From: Candidatus Methanosuratincola verstraetei
Lineage (GTDB): Archaea; Thermoproteota; Methanomethylicia; Methanomethylicales; Methanomethylicaceae
DNA length: 64,000 bases
Assembly: GCA_049570475.1 (NCBI GenBank)
Contig: CP186953.1
Span: 1,344,001 to 1,408,000 of the forward strand
Direction of reading: 5' to 3'
Both the position numbers and the translations under genes were made by a program. This document shows, piece after piece, positions 54,918-64,000 of the stretch. The notes below the pieces were generated by a model. That model was not told the DNA's origin and ran no database searches. It saw nothing but the letters and a program-made list of their open reading frames with translations. Position 1 is the stretch's first letter; each line of letters starts with the position of its first letter.

Positions 54918-56669
54918 TCACTCAGGGGTCTTCAGCTCCTCGACGAACCTGATAGTCTCTGGCTTGTTGGCCCTCTTTCCCCCCGTTGCTATCGAGACCA
55001 AGACTGAGGAGATCAAGTTGGCCAAGAAGGCTATCGTGCCCCACGCCAATGTGCCAATCCTGTTGTCCATCACCGTCAAAGGCGAAACCCCCATCAGCCC
55101 TACCCCGAGTACGTAGGGGAGCGCGATCGCCATGCCGCAGACCATCCCCGCGACGAGGCCGTACTTGTTGAGCCCCTTCCAGAAGATCCCGAGTATGACC
55201 ACGGGCGTGAACGAAGCGGCCGCGAAGACGAACGCCCAGCCCACCAGCAAGGCGACGTAGGTGGAGAACGTCTTGTCCTGGAGCGCCAGCGCCCCGAATG
55301 CGCCTGACAGCAGCGAGAGGATCACGACCATCCCCCTCCCGATCCAGAGCTCCCTCCGCTCCGTGGTCTTCGGGTTTATGAACCTCTTGTATATGTCCCT
55401 CGTAGCCCCGACAGCCATGACCATGATCAGCCCGTTCGCGGTGCTCAGCGCCGCAGCCATCCCACCGATCGCCACGATCGCGGCGAAGAACCAGGGGAGC
55501 CCGAACATGTCAGGCATCCCGACAACGACTATGTCGTTGTGGAACGAGAGCTCCGGAGGCTGGATCAGCCCGTCAGCGTTCAGGTCGGTCAGCTTGATTA
55601 GCCCAGTGGGGATCCACTTCTGGATCCATGAGAGATCGAGGGCCTGGTCTATCGGCATCCCCCAGACCCCTGAGAAGGCGTACCTGGCAAGGATCGCGTA
55701 AACCGGAGCCGTGACGTAGAGGAGGGCGATGAATGTGAGCCCCCATCCGACCCCGTACCTCGCAGTCTTCACGTTCTTGACCAAGTAGAACTGGGAGAGG
55801 ACGTGCGGGAGACCTACTGTCCCGAGCATGAGGCACAGGGCTGAGAGGAGCCAGTTTGCGTGCCCGGTCCCGCCCCCGAATGCCTTCACGAAGGGCTCCG
55901 TGAAGGCAGCGAGCCCGTTCGCGACCTCCTTCGCCTCGAGCTGGCTGAGGAGCTCGCCGTACCCGAAGTGCGGCCACGGGTTGAAGATCCCTGCTACGTA
56001 GGCGGCTCCGAGGAATGCGACCCAGTACGCGACTATCAGGATCCAGTACTGCGCAACATTGACCCAGACGATGGACTTCCAGCCCCCCGTGCCTGCGAAG
56101 ATCGCCACGATCGCCGATGCCATGACGGCGCCGAAGATGGCCGGCAGGCCCAGGAACCTGCCCACGATCACGCCCGTCGCAACCAGCTGGGCCACCAGGT
56201 AGGTGAAAGAGATGATGATCAGCATCAGGACCGCGGTGACCCTGGCGAGGGGCCAGTTGGATGCCCTCGTCTCGATGAACTCGGGGACAGTGTACGTGCC
56301 TGACTTCCTAATGAAGGGCGCTATCATGAACGCGGCTATGCAGTAGCCGAGCGTCCATCCGAGTATGTAGGGCATCCCGTCGAAGCCGAGGAGGGCGATC
56401 GTCCCTGCCATGGAGACGAAGGACGCGCCGCTCATCCAGTTAGAGGCTATCGACGAGCCGATCGGTATGGCTCCGACGCTCCTACCCGCTACGTAAAAGT
56501 CCCCCGCACTCCTGGTCCTCATCAGGAACGCGATGATCGTGTACAGGAAGAGCGATCCGAAGAGGGCAGCTGCGGCTGCCATGAATGTGCTGCCGGTGAA
56601 GGCGAGCCCTGCCACCACCGCAATGTATGCGATGGCGAAGGCTGCGAATGCCCGCTTGCCTATTAACAA
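54918..56669 (-). CDS. actP: Cation/acetate symporter, ActP/SSS family
   Basis: FYVAGR, NWMSGASF, GWTLGY, YTVPEF, GTVGLPHVL and GGMAAALSTANGL. Confidence 0.88.
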   Translation of the reverse strand: MLIGKRAFAAFAIAYIAVVAGLAFTGSTFMAAAAALFGSLFLYTIIAFLMRTRSAGDFYVAGRSVGAIPIGSSIASNWMSGASFVSMAGTIALLGFDGMPYILGWTLGYCIAAFMIAPFIRKSGTYTVPEFIETRASNWPLARVTAVLMLIIISFTYLVAQLVATGVIVGRFLGLPAIFGAVMASAIVAIFAGTGGWKSIVWVNVAQYWILIVAYWVAFLGAAYVAGIFNPWPHFGYGELLSQLEAKEVANGLAAFTEPFVKAFGGGTGHANWLLSALCLMLGTVGLPHVLSQFYLVKNVKTARYGVGWGLTFIALLYVTAPVYAILARYAFSGVWGMPIDQALDLSWIQKWIPTGLIKLTDLNADGLIQPPELSFHNDIVVVGMPDMFGLPWFFAAIVAIGGMAAALSTANGLIMVMAVGATRDIYKRFINPKTTERRELWIGRGMVVILSLLSGAFGALALQDKTFSTYVALLVGWAFVFAAASFTPVVILGIFWKGLNKYGLVAGMVCGMAIALPYVLGVGLMGVSPLTVMDNRIGTLAWGTIAFLANLISSVLVSIATGGKRANKPETIRFVEELKTPE

Positions 56670-56673
56670 TACA

Positions 56674-57042
56674 TCAGGCCCCCTTGAAAGCCCTGTCCGT
56701 CCTCTCCATCACGTAGGCGTACATGAATATCAGCACAATCCCGATCAAAATCGCAAGGAAGGCGGCGTTGAACCAGTGCAGGGGGATGCCGTCCAGGATC
56801 GTTACCTCTCGCGTCGCCCCTATCGGCAGGTGCATTATGATAGCGGGCACGGTCCATGCGAGCATCCATACCACAGTTATCTTCTTCAGCTTCTTCCAGT
56901 ATTTTCCGTATCTAATGCCAGCCTCTTCCTCGACTGCTGCCCTCCCCCCTCCGCCGGAATCACCCGCCTCAGGATCCCCGCCTGGCGGTTTCTGGGGGCT
57001 TCTCGGTCTGGTCGATCGGGAGACGTCATTCTCCCACCCCAC
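56674..57042 (-). CDS. DUF4212/DUF485-like small membrane partner of ActP (start uncertain)
   Basis: YWKK...GIPLHWF...IFMYAYVM..D two-TM pattern directly upstream of actP. Confidence 0.75.
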   Translation of the reverse strand: MGWENDVSRSTRPRSPQKPPGGDPEAGDSGGGGRAAVEEEAGIRYGKYWKKLKKITVVWMLAWTVPAIIMHLPIGATREVTILDGIPLHWFNAAFLAILIGIVLIFMYAYVMERTDRAFKGA

Positions 57043-57396
57043 CCTTACCGGTTCAGGGATGTGGGCACCCCGGCTGGCACTCCCGGAGTCAAATCGTGGC
57101 GGCTTGGCGCTCCGCCGGTCCGAAAAATTACGTTTGCCAAGCAGCGTATCTCTATTTCCAAAAAGTGTGCCAGCAATTGACTTATCAAGTCCTGGTGTTG
57201 GCATACGTAAAGATGCCCATATCTCGAATATAAACTTATTCAATAATTACAATTATTTATCATTATAGTTATTCAAAGAATAAATTTTGGGAATCAAGGG
57301 CTTGCGCCGCTACGAACAGGGTCGGGGCTAGTGGGTCTGCCAAACAATCGACTTTATCACTAGGAGGTGCCTACTTGGTGTCTGGAGTTAATATAA

Positions 57397-57513
57397 ATGC
57401 CAGAATCTACTGGGCACTGGAAGAAGAAGTTTGACAGGAAGAGGAGGATCACGGGCGGCCCGTTCAATAAACCTCGCAGGAAGACCATGACATGGGTAGT
57501 GGCGAAGAAGTAG
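57397..57513 (+). CDS. Candidate small basic protein (38 aa)
   Basis: GGAG then ATG: MPESTGHWKKKFDRKRRITGGPFNKPRRKTMTWVVAKK, followed by a T-rich tract. Below the ORF-track cutoff. Confidence 0.4.
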   Translation: MPESTGHWKKKFDRKRRITGGPFNKPRRKTMTWVVAKK

Positions 57514-57712
57514 CTACACACAAAAAAGACGTTCCCCGCCTTCCGACATCTTATTTTGATGTTTTTTAAAAGCGGCACTGGTAGGTGCTGCACAAGCCCC
57601 TTGGCGCATGGTGTTTGCAGCATGCAATTTTTTCTGCGGCGCGAACCACGGAATGTCCGCTTAACTGGGCGCTATGCAGTGAGAAATCCCGTTCCGCAGC
57701 CTTTTTCCCTCT

Positions 57713-58183
57713 TCATCCCGCAAGGATGGCTTCTGCCGCCTCCTGCGCCCATTTCTTGATCTTCTCCAATTCGCCTTCCCTGAGCTCCCATGTGTTCTTG
57801 CCTTTCCCTTCGACGTACGCGATCAGGTGGGGCTTGAAGATGGAGGCGCCCAGCCCCGAAAGCCTCTTCTCGATTCCCTTGGCTGCATTACCGCTCAGCG
57901 CCGACTTGATCTGCGTGTCGAATGCCGACCCCCTCTTGCCCTTCACATCCTCGGATCTGAGGGCATCGAGGAACCCGGTGATGTCCTTGGATGGTCGGAA
58001 TGCCATTGTGGGCGCGCCAACTATCAGGCAGCCGTATTCTTTCACTCTCTCCCTGTCGAAATCCTTGCAGTAGAGGCAGTCTGCGTCCGCTCCTTTTGCC
58101 TTCATCTCTTCCGCGATGGTCTGCGCAACCCTCATCGTGACCTTGGAGGGCGAGACAGAATCGTACACGACCAAGACCTTCGT
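57713..58183 (-). CDS. Flavodoxin family protein
   Basis: (M)KVLVVYDS, LIVGAPT and SAFDT. Natural start position is ACG at 58183; in-frame TTG at 58174. Confidence 0.85.
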   Translation of the reverse strand, partial: TKVLVVYDSVSPSKVTMRVAQTIAEEMKAKGADADCLYCKDFDRERVKEYGCLIVGAPTMAFRPSKDITGFLDALRSEDVKGKRGSAFDTQIKSALSGNAAKGIEKRLSGLGASIFKPHLIAYVEGKGKNTWELREGELEKIKKWAQEAAEAILAG

Positions 58184-58264
58184 AAAATTCCCCGGTTAAT
58201 AGATGTGCACGCTGGTAATTAAGCATTCAAAATCAGCGTCTTCTTCCCGGCGCCAAAGACCTGA

Positions 58265-59635
58265 TCATTCTGGGGCCGCTGCACTGTATGCCCTCTTGAT
58301 GTAGGCGTCCATATCGAACTTCCTGTTCAGGCCGCCCTCGGACATGTAGCGGACCTTGCCAAAGATGCCCCTCTCCCTGAACGGCCGGTCGTGGAGCCCA
58401 AAGCACCACCCGATGCCGGCGTAGCTGTTCGGATCCCTGCCGTCGAGCGCGTACTTGTTGTTGAGGTAGACCATCGCCCGGTACGCCTCCTCGATCCCCT
58501 CCGACCACTCGATTATTTTCTTCCCCCAGTACATCCTCATGTAGTTGTGTATCTTCCCCTTGGTGAGGAGCTCGTACTGGGCTGCGTTCCAGTACTTGTC
58601 GTGCGTCCTGGCGCCCTCGAGTTCGCCCAGGCTGTACACATATTCCCTCCGATCCCCCTCGTGTGCCTTCAGGCTCTCCGCGGCCCATCCGGGGATGAAG
58701 TCGAAGGGTCTGCTTAGAGACTTCGCGTAAAGCGTGAAATTGTGGGCGAGCTCCCTCCTCACTATCAGCTGCTCGAAGATGGCTCTGTAATTCTCGTTTG
58801 GCGGTCCTGCGCGCCGGGCGCCCTCGAGGATCTGGGCTGGGCTTATGTGGCCGAAGTGGAGGTAGGGGCTGAGACCGCTTTCCGCCTGTGATGCCGGGTC
58901 CCCCCTCCGTGCAGCGAATATGGGATACTTCTTCTCAAGGAAATTTCCGAGCAGCCTGGACGCATTTCCGCTCCCTCCCGCCGCGCCGCACAGTGGGACA
59001 TCCTCAACCTGCCCCTTCAGTATCCTTGCGTGGTCTGAGGGGTCGAAGTCAAGCTCGTCATCCAGCCTCTCGCCCCTGTACTCGCGCGTCGCGAAATCCC
59101 CCTCATAGATCGGGGCAAGCCTCGTTATCTTCGGCCTCAGCGTGTAGGCTCCGTACTCCATCCTGCCGCTCGCCGCCTTCACCGGGACCAAGACGTTGGG
59201 CTCGACCTCCACGATCCCCGACTCAAAACTCCGGTAGACCCTCTCCCTGATCCCCCTCATCGCCGGGAGATAGGCGGCGTCGGAGACCAGCGTGTACGCC
59301 TCAGCCGCGTACTCGGCTAATATCTTCTCGAACTTCCCCTTCCTGAGGTGGAGGGCGATCCCCCTCCTGGCTAGCCCCTCCCTGACATCCACGAGCCCCT
59401 CGAGGAAGAACTTGAAGCTCCTGGCGTTCGCCTCCGGATATCCCAGGTCCAGCACGGCTAGGACAATCAGCGGCCTCCCGGATCTGTTGGCTGCCTCGAC
59501 CGCATACTCCAGGCTGGGGTTATGCGACACCCTGAATGCGCCCTGCATCCAATACACGACTACATTGCCGCTCCCAGAGGGCTCTTTTACGGTGAGGGCC
59601 CTGCCTGCCTTATCCAAGACTGATGCCCCTCGCAA
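58265..59635 (-). CDS. phr: Class II CPD photolyase
   Basis: VVYWM...R..HN, EYGAYTLRPKI, SGLSPYLHFG, GKIHNYMRMYWGKKI and LDGRDPNSY. Confidence 0.93.
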   Translation of the reverse strand: MRGASVLDKAGRALTVKEPSGSGNVVVYWMQGAFRVSHNPSLEYAVEAANRSGRPLIVLAVLDLGYPEANARSFKFFLEGLVDVREGLARRGIALHLRKGKFEKILAEYAAEAYTLVSDAAYLPAMRGIRERVYRSFESGIVEVEPNVLVPVKAASGRMEYGAYTLRPKITRLAPIYEGDFATREYRGERLDDELDFDPSDHARILKGQVEDVPLCGAAGGSGNASRLLGNFLEKKYPIFAARRGDPASQAESGLSPYLHFGHISPAQILEGARRAGPPNENYRAIFEQLIVRRELAHNFTLYAKSLSRPFDFIPGWAAESLKAHEGDRREYVYSLGELEGARTHDKYWNAAQYELLTKGKIHNYMRMYWGKKIIEWSEGIEEAYRAMVYLNNKYALDGRDPNSYAGIGWCFGLHDRPFRERGIFGKVRYMSEGGLNRKFDMDAYIKRAYSAAAPE

Positions 59636-59674
59636 TCCTTTTTCCCCTCTACACCGCCCGATTCGCCGATCGCT

Positions 59675-60062
59675 CTACCCGGCTCGGAAGATGAGCCACT
59701 GGTTCTCCCCCGCCCTGCTGAACCTGACCAGAGCGTACCTCCCGGAGAGTTTTCTCCCCCTGAAGACCACCTCGATCTTTCCCTCTTCCCAAACAATCGC
59801 CTCGTAGACCCCGCTGTCCCAGATGGAGACTGTCCCTGCTCCGTACTCCCCCTCCGGTATAGTCCCCTCGAAGCCCGCGTACCCGAGCGGGTGGTCCTCT
59901 ACCTGTATCGCGAGCCTCTTGACCCCCTTCTCGAGCGGGATCCCCTTGGGAACCGCCCAACTCTTCAGCACGCCGTCCTTCTCAAGCCTCAAGTCGTAGT
60001 GCAGCCGCCTCGCATGGTGCTCATGAACGACAAATATTCTTCCCGTTTGGGTCCATTCCATA
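59675..60062 (-). CDS. Stand-alone LigD 3'-phosphoesterase (PE)
   Basis: FVVHEHHARRLHYDLRLE.DGVLKSWAVPKG, RLAIQVEDHP and FEG.IP.GEYGAG.V.IWD.G. Confidence 0.93.
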
Positions 60063-60132
60063 TGGGCTGACTTCCAAAGTGATCTTTCATCTTGAGCACA
60101 AAAAAGTTTCACTTATTGGCGTGCCCTGCCAT

Positions 60133-61410
60133 TCAGCCAACTTGCTTGACGTCCTTGAAGACAAGATAGAAGAGGGATATGCCGACGACATAGAACCCGC
60201 CTGCCACGAGGAAGGGCAGCTCAAAGTTGCCTGAAGCCAGGATCGCTCCCCCTATTATTGTCGTGATGCTGTTTGGTATCCTCCATATGACCGAGTTCAG
60301 CGAACTGGCGAAGCCGCGCTGCTCAGGGTGGACTATCCCCATGAGGAACGCGTCCATCAGGGGGGATGCCATGTTCATCAGCCCCGTCCTTATCACGTAC
60401 AGGAATGCTGCTGTAAAGAAGTCCCCAATGAATGCCAGCGCGACCATGAACGCAAGAGAGAGCCCCTGCGTGAAGACTATCGCCTTTACGGATCCGAGCT
60501 TGGAGGCGAGCTTAGGGCTGAAGGCTGCGCCCAGGCCAATCGTCGCGTTTGCGATTGCGAGGATCGGACCGCTGAAGGAGTCGGGGACTGCAAACTTCAG
60601 GTAGAGCCAAGTCGGTATCAGCGGGATGATGAAGCCAGCCCCCAGCCCTATTATGCTGTTTATGCCCGAAAACTTGAACAGTATCCCCAGCCCTTTGCCC
60701 CTCCACGCCCCCGGAGAGCCCCTTACGCTCTCCTTCACCCCCCTCAGTATCGACCAAAGTGCTGGCGGCGTGGCCAGGCTGATAAGCGCGAATATGTAAA
60801 GGAGCCCAGCGTGCAGCGCTGCCTTTTCAATCCCTAGCAGTATGCCCAGCTCCGGAAGGAAGAACGGGAAGGCCATCCCAAGCGCGCTTCCGGCCCCGCC
60901 TAGAATGAATGAGAGCGTGAACGCCACGTTCCTGTCTTCAGGGGCGGTCTGGTCTGCGATGAGCGCGTTCACAGTTGCGAGGTAGACCCCCTCGAATAGC
61001 CCTCCAAGCGCTGAGGCTGCGATCATTACTGCAGCATCGGTTGTGAGCGCAAAAGCCAGGAACATCGGGAATGGCCCGAGCGAACCGGTTATGAGTAGGC
61101 GCTTTCTCCCCTTGCGGTCTGAGATGATCCCGAATGGTATCGCCATCACAGCCATGGTGAGTCCTTCCATCCCCAGCATGAGCCCAACCGTGGTGGCTGG
61201 CACGCCGATCTCGGGAAGATAGGCAGAAATGTATACCATCAGGTAGCCGAAAGCAAAGTTGTTGATCGAGAGTACTATGACCATCAGTACTATGCTTCGC
61301 GGGACCCCTGCCAGCAGATTGCCCCTCGAGCTCTGCCCTCTTGCGCCCACCTCTTGCAGCCCCCATTCATGATGGTTGCTGGGAATATCGAATGGGCTAC
61401 GGATAAGCAT
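60133..61410 (-). CDS. MFS transporter
   Basis: GIISDRKGRK motif A, about 12 TM helices. Start uncertain (61350-61410). Confidence 0.88.
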   Translation of the reverse strand: MLIRSPFDIPSNHHEWGLQEVGARGQSSRGNLLAGVPRSIVLMVIVLSINNFAFGYLMVYISAYLPEIGVPATTVGLMLGMEGLTMAVMAIPFGIISDRKGRKRLLITGSLGPFPMFLAFALTTDAAVMIAASALGGLFEGVYLATVNALIADQTAPEDRNVAFTLSFILGGAGSALGMAFPFFLPELGILLGIEKAALHAGLLYIFALISLATPPALWSILRGVKESVRGSPGAWRGKGLGILFKFSGINSIIGLGAGFIIPLIPTWLYLKFAVPDSFSGPILAIANATIGLGAAFSPKLASKLGSVKAIVFTQGLSLAFMVALAFIGDFFTAAFLYVIRTGLMNMASPLMDAFLMGIVHPEQRGFASSLNSVIWRIPNSITTIIGGAILASGNFELPFLVAGGFYVVGISLFYLVFKDVKQVG

Positions 61411-61655
61411 ATCTGTGCCTGCTCCTCGGGGTTCGGGCTGTTGGGCTTTTGATTTGATCTGCTTCTTCCATTCGGCTCTTGGGCAAAATAGCGAGGAGGC
61501 ATTGCTTACAAGCCTAAATGCCCGCAACGTTTTCCAAATTCACTACCCTCCACTGCTGTTTCCTACCGATCATTCTGCAAGAGCCGCGGTTCTCCCACGC
61601 ACCGTGGTCTTCTGCTGTTCGGTGCCATCGTTGTCCATTTTACCCGGGTTTTGGC

Positions 61656-62930
61656 TCATCTGCCGCGTCTGGTGTACTTGATGTAGGCTGCCGCAATCAC
61701 CAATGCTGCGACAATTATCGCCAATCCGAAGACAAGGGTGACGTCGAAGTACTGCGAAGCCAATTCAGGCAGAGCCCCTCCACCTGAGCCCTTCCCTAGC
61801 GCCGCCAAAAATGCCATGAACACCTCTTCCTCTGAGGTGATGTTGCACCATGCGTACTGCCCGCTCAAGTCCACTCCTGTGGTTTGGAGCTGCTGCCACC
61901 CTAGCCCTGGCGTGTACCTGTAAATCTTGAGGGTTGCCGGATCCATGCTCGCAACTTGGTTCCCTGTGAAATTGATGAAGCACATCGTCTCTTTCTTTGC
62001 CCATTTAGGCCCATAGATCGTCATGTTTATGAATTTCCCGGCGCCAAGCAAGCCCGGAGGCAATGGCGCTGGCGGATCGTCAACGACTTCTAGTTGCCTG
62101 ATCACGACTTCCGCCCCGCTGCTGTTTATCTCGCCTCCGGCGTAAGACTCTCCCCATCCAATCTGGAAGTTGCCGATGTGGTCGAACTGTCTTCGGTTCC
62201 AGACAACGCTTCCGTTGTGCGTCCAGTTCGAAACAACGCTCATGTTCTCGAAAGTGATTCTTGTTTGACCCCTGGTCTGGAGGAAGCCGATCTTAGAATG
62301 CGCCACGCTCAATATCGAATATCCATCTTCCCATATCCGCACTGAGCGGAGGGAGCAGTTATAGATCTCCATGCGTGGACAGGGGCTTCCAGAGCTGCTA
62401 TATTTATCAACATCAGTCATCATTCCGAACAGACCTTCGAGGTACTGAACGGAATCATCAAAGACGCGAATCTGGCTAATCTGAGATCGGATAATTTTCA
62501 CTTTAGACGAATTGCGACCCTCTACGCTGAATACATTTGAATCATAAATCTCGGCTTTGGCTGAGTCCTTCAGCACCAGCGTGATCTCGGGTGCGATCTT
62601 AGAATTGTTCATTTTAATGTATCCATCCCCCGCGACGAATATGCAGGCAACCGCCTCCTCACTGGTAACAATGCTCGCGTCTTGGATTGTAACGTTTCCA
62701 TAGACGGTAAGGTTTCCGCCAGAAATTGTTATCGTGCAGCCTTCCACGAGCAAATCACTATCAGGCAATATGGCGATGTCCCCTTGCCATGCCTGATCCG
62801 AATTCACAACCATTACAGAAGCCTGGACTAAAGGACCAGATCCTGCCGGAATTGGGGTGCAGTGCACTTGGTTGAATGATGCCAAGAGGAGCAGGGTTGC
62901 AAAAAACGTTAACAGTGCTTTCCCCCTCAG
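61656..62930 (-). CDS. Surface protein with beta-helix region and C-terminal membrane anchor
   Basis: Beta-helical repeats, TLKIYRY...GWQ.L and C-terminal TM plus RRGR. A signal peptide appears only if translation starts at CTG 62930 behind GGGGTGA. Confidence 0.65.
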   Translation of the reverse strand: MRGKALLTFFATLLLLASFNQVHCTPIPAGSGPLVQASVMVVNSDQAWQGDIAILPDSDLLVEGCTITISGGNLTVYGNVTIQDASIVTSEEAVACIFVAGDGYIKMNNSKIAPEITLVLKDSAKAEIYDSNVFSVEGRNSSKVKIIRSQISQIRVFDDSVQYLEGLFGMMTDVDKYSSSGSPCPRMEIYNCSLRSVRIWEDGYSILSVAHSKIGFLQTRGQTRITFENMSVVSNWTHNGSVVWNRRQFDHIGNFQIGWGESYAGGEINSSGAEVVIRQLEVVDDPPAPLPPGLLGAGKFINMTIYGPKWAKKETMCFINFTGNQVASMDPATLKIYRYTPGLGWQQLQTTGVDLSGQYAWCNITSEEEVFMAFLAALGKGSGGGALPELASQYFDVTLVFGLAIIVAALVIAAAYIKYTRRGR

Positions 62931-63114
62931 CTTCTCTCACCCCCTTCATTTTCATTCTAGTCCACCTGCCCTAGCCAAACCCCCATTCAAAAATAAATAA
63001 AAAACTTGCACTCCGATCAGAATTCCGGGAACCGAATTCAAATTTTTTACGATTTTTCCCTAATCGCCTTGAGATTTGTTCTATTATGGAGGGGCGTTTC
63101 CATGGGCGCGCCGC

Positions 63115-64000
63115 CTAATTGCCGCCCTCAAGCCCAAGCTGCCTCAGCAGCTCTGCTGCGCTGCTCTTCTCCAATAGGAAGAGCCTGCCAAGCGTCTCGG
63201 CTTTCTCCGCCACCTTATCCGGCGCCGCCCCAGAGGGGTCGAATTGCATTATCCTGTTGGGATCCACGGGGCATGAGACAAGCCCGGTCTTGTAGTGCAT
63301 GCTGAAGGGCGCCCTGACGTCGCCCATCGGCTTCATCGAGCTCCAGTCGAGTAGGACCTTCTTGGTGCGTTCCTCCTTCCCTGCCACTTTTGCAGTCGTG
63401 AGCCCTTCTGACCCGTCCGGCTTCCCGAATAGACCCCTGAGCCCCTCCGGGACCCCTTCTCTGGCGATATCCTCCTCCACCTTTTTCTGGATGAGCTGGA
63501 CGAGCCTCCTGTAGTGCGCAAAGAGGTCCCCCTTGGGCATCCCCGAGTTGTCGAGCGAAGCCCACACCTGCATCCCCCTCGACCCGCTGAACTTCACCGC
63601 TGGTCGGATCCCGCAGCCCTCGAGCAGCCTGTAGACCTTCTCAGCGACGAACTTCACCGCCAGGAAACCTTCTGCCGATGACTTGAGCCCCTCGCCCGCG
63701 TCCAGGTCGATAATCAGCCAGTCAGGCTCCTTCGCCTCGAACCCGTGCACATATGGGACGAAGTCCACGGCATGGTCATCGACATACTCCATCAGATCTC
63801 TCCTGTCCCCGATCTCTATGAATTTGGGCTTTGGCTTGTACCTGGCGTACCTGACAAAGAGCGGCTTCACCTTGTTCAACGGGTCCGCCTCGTCGCTGAA
63901 GACCTTGACAACGCTCACTGGTCTCCCCCGCAGGAAAGGCAGGATCTGGTCCGCTACCCTCGGGTAGTACTCCTTTGCGGCTAGGACCATCCGGTACGAG
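63115..64000 (-). CDS. LigD-type primase-polymerase (AEP), 5' end outside the window
   Basis: YYPRVA..ILPFLRGRPVS, PDWLIIDLD, KFSGSRGMQVW, VLLDWS..K and APFS...VSCPV. Frame is open to the window edge. Confidence 0.88.
   Translation of the reverse strand, partial: SYRMVLAAKEYYPRVADQILPFLRGRPVSVVKVFSDEADPLNKVKPLFVRYARYKPKPKFIEIGDRRDLMEYVDDHAVDFVPYVHGFEAKEPDWLIIDLDAGEGLKSSAEGFLAVKFVAEKVYRLLEGCGIRPAVKFSGSRGMQVWASLDNSGMPKGDLFAHYRRLVQLIQKKVEEDIAREGVPEGLRGLFGKPDGSEGLTTAKVAGKEERTKKVLLDWSSMKPMGDVRAPFSMHYKTGLVSCPVDPNRIMQFDPSGAAPDKVAEKAETLGRLFLLEKSSAAELLRQLGLEGGN

Noticed and set aside
56886-57029. Frameshifted start for the DUF4212-like gene (ATG 57029 shifting at a G6 run)
   Set aside because: An in-frame GTG exists at 57042 and nothing independent supports recoding; left as an uncertain start.
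1-64000. CRISPR array, rRNA, tRNA or IS element
   Set aside because: No regularly spaced repeats, RNA gene signatures or transposase ORFs noticed by eye; a tRNAscan/Infernal run would be needed to exclude small RNAs.

Overview
Archaeal chromosomal window: BRE/TATA promoters, GGGGTGA/GGAGGTG Shine-Dalgarno motifs, 20S proteasome subunits and an Lrp regulator. MtmB-family methyltransferases with a corrinoid protein and a W/Mo aldehyde:ferredoxin oxidoreductase fit a methylotrophic anaerobe such as Methanomethylicia/Verstraetearchaeota (inference, not verified). The standout is a ~13 kb headless contractile-tail locus (25273-38240). A 12-gene minus-strand operon encodes sheath, tube, a G/GT-like chaperone pair joined by an A9 slippery run, a tape-measure-like protein, tube initiator, hub, spike, gp25, baseplate J, a wedge protein, a fibre-like protein and a terminator-like protein. 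It converges on a PAAR gene and a bitopic Ig-like/double-zinc-ribbon membrane protein. No capsid, portal, terminase, integrase, AAA+ ATPase, lysis gene or obvious toxin is present, so it looks like a domesticated archaeal tailocin/CIS. Other notable items: a tandem propeptide-less beta plus gate-divergent alpha proteasome pair; two pyrrolysine-free MtmB paralogs sharing an identical 45-nt patch; several genes apparently starting at ACG/ATT/CTG; a Na+-decarboxylase cluster lacking its alpha subunit; an ActP/DUF294/exonuclease cassette; and a photolyase with stand-alone LigD PE and Prim-Pol genes. All calls come from motif recognition by eye; no searches were run.
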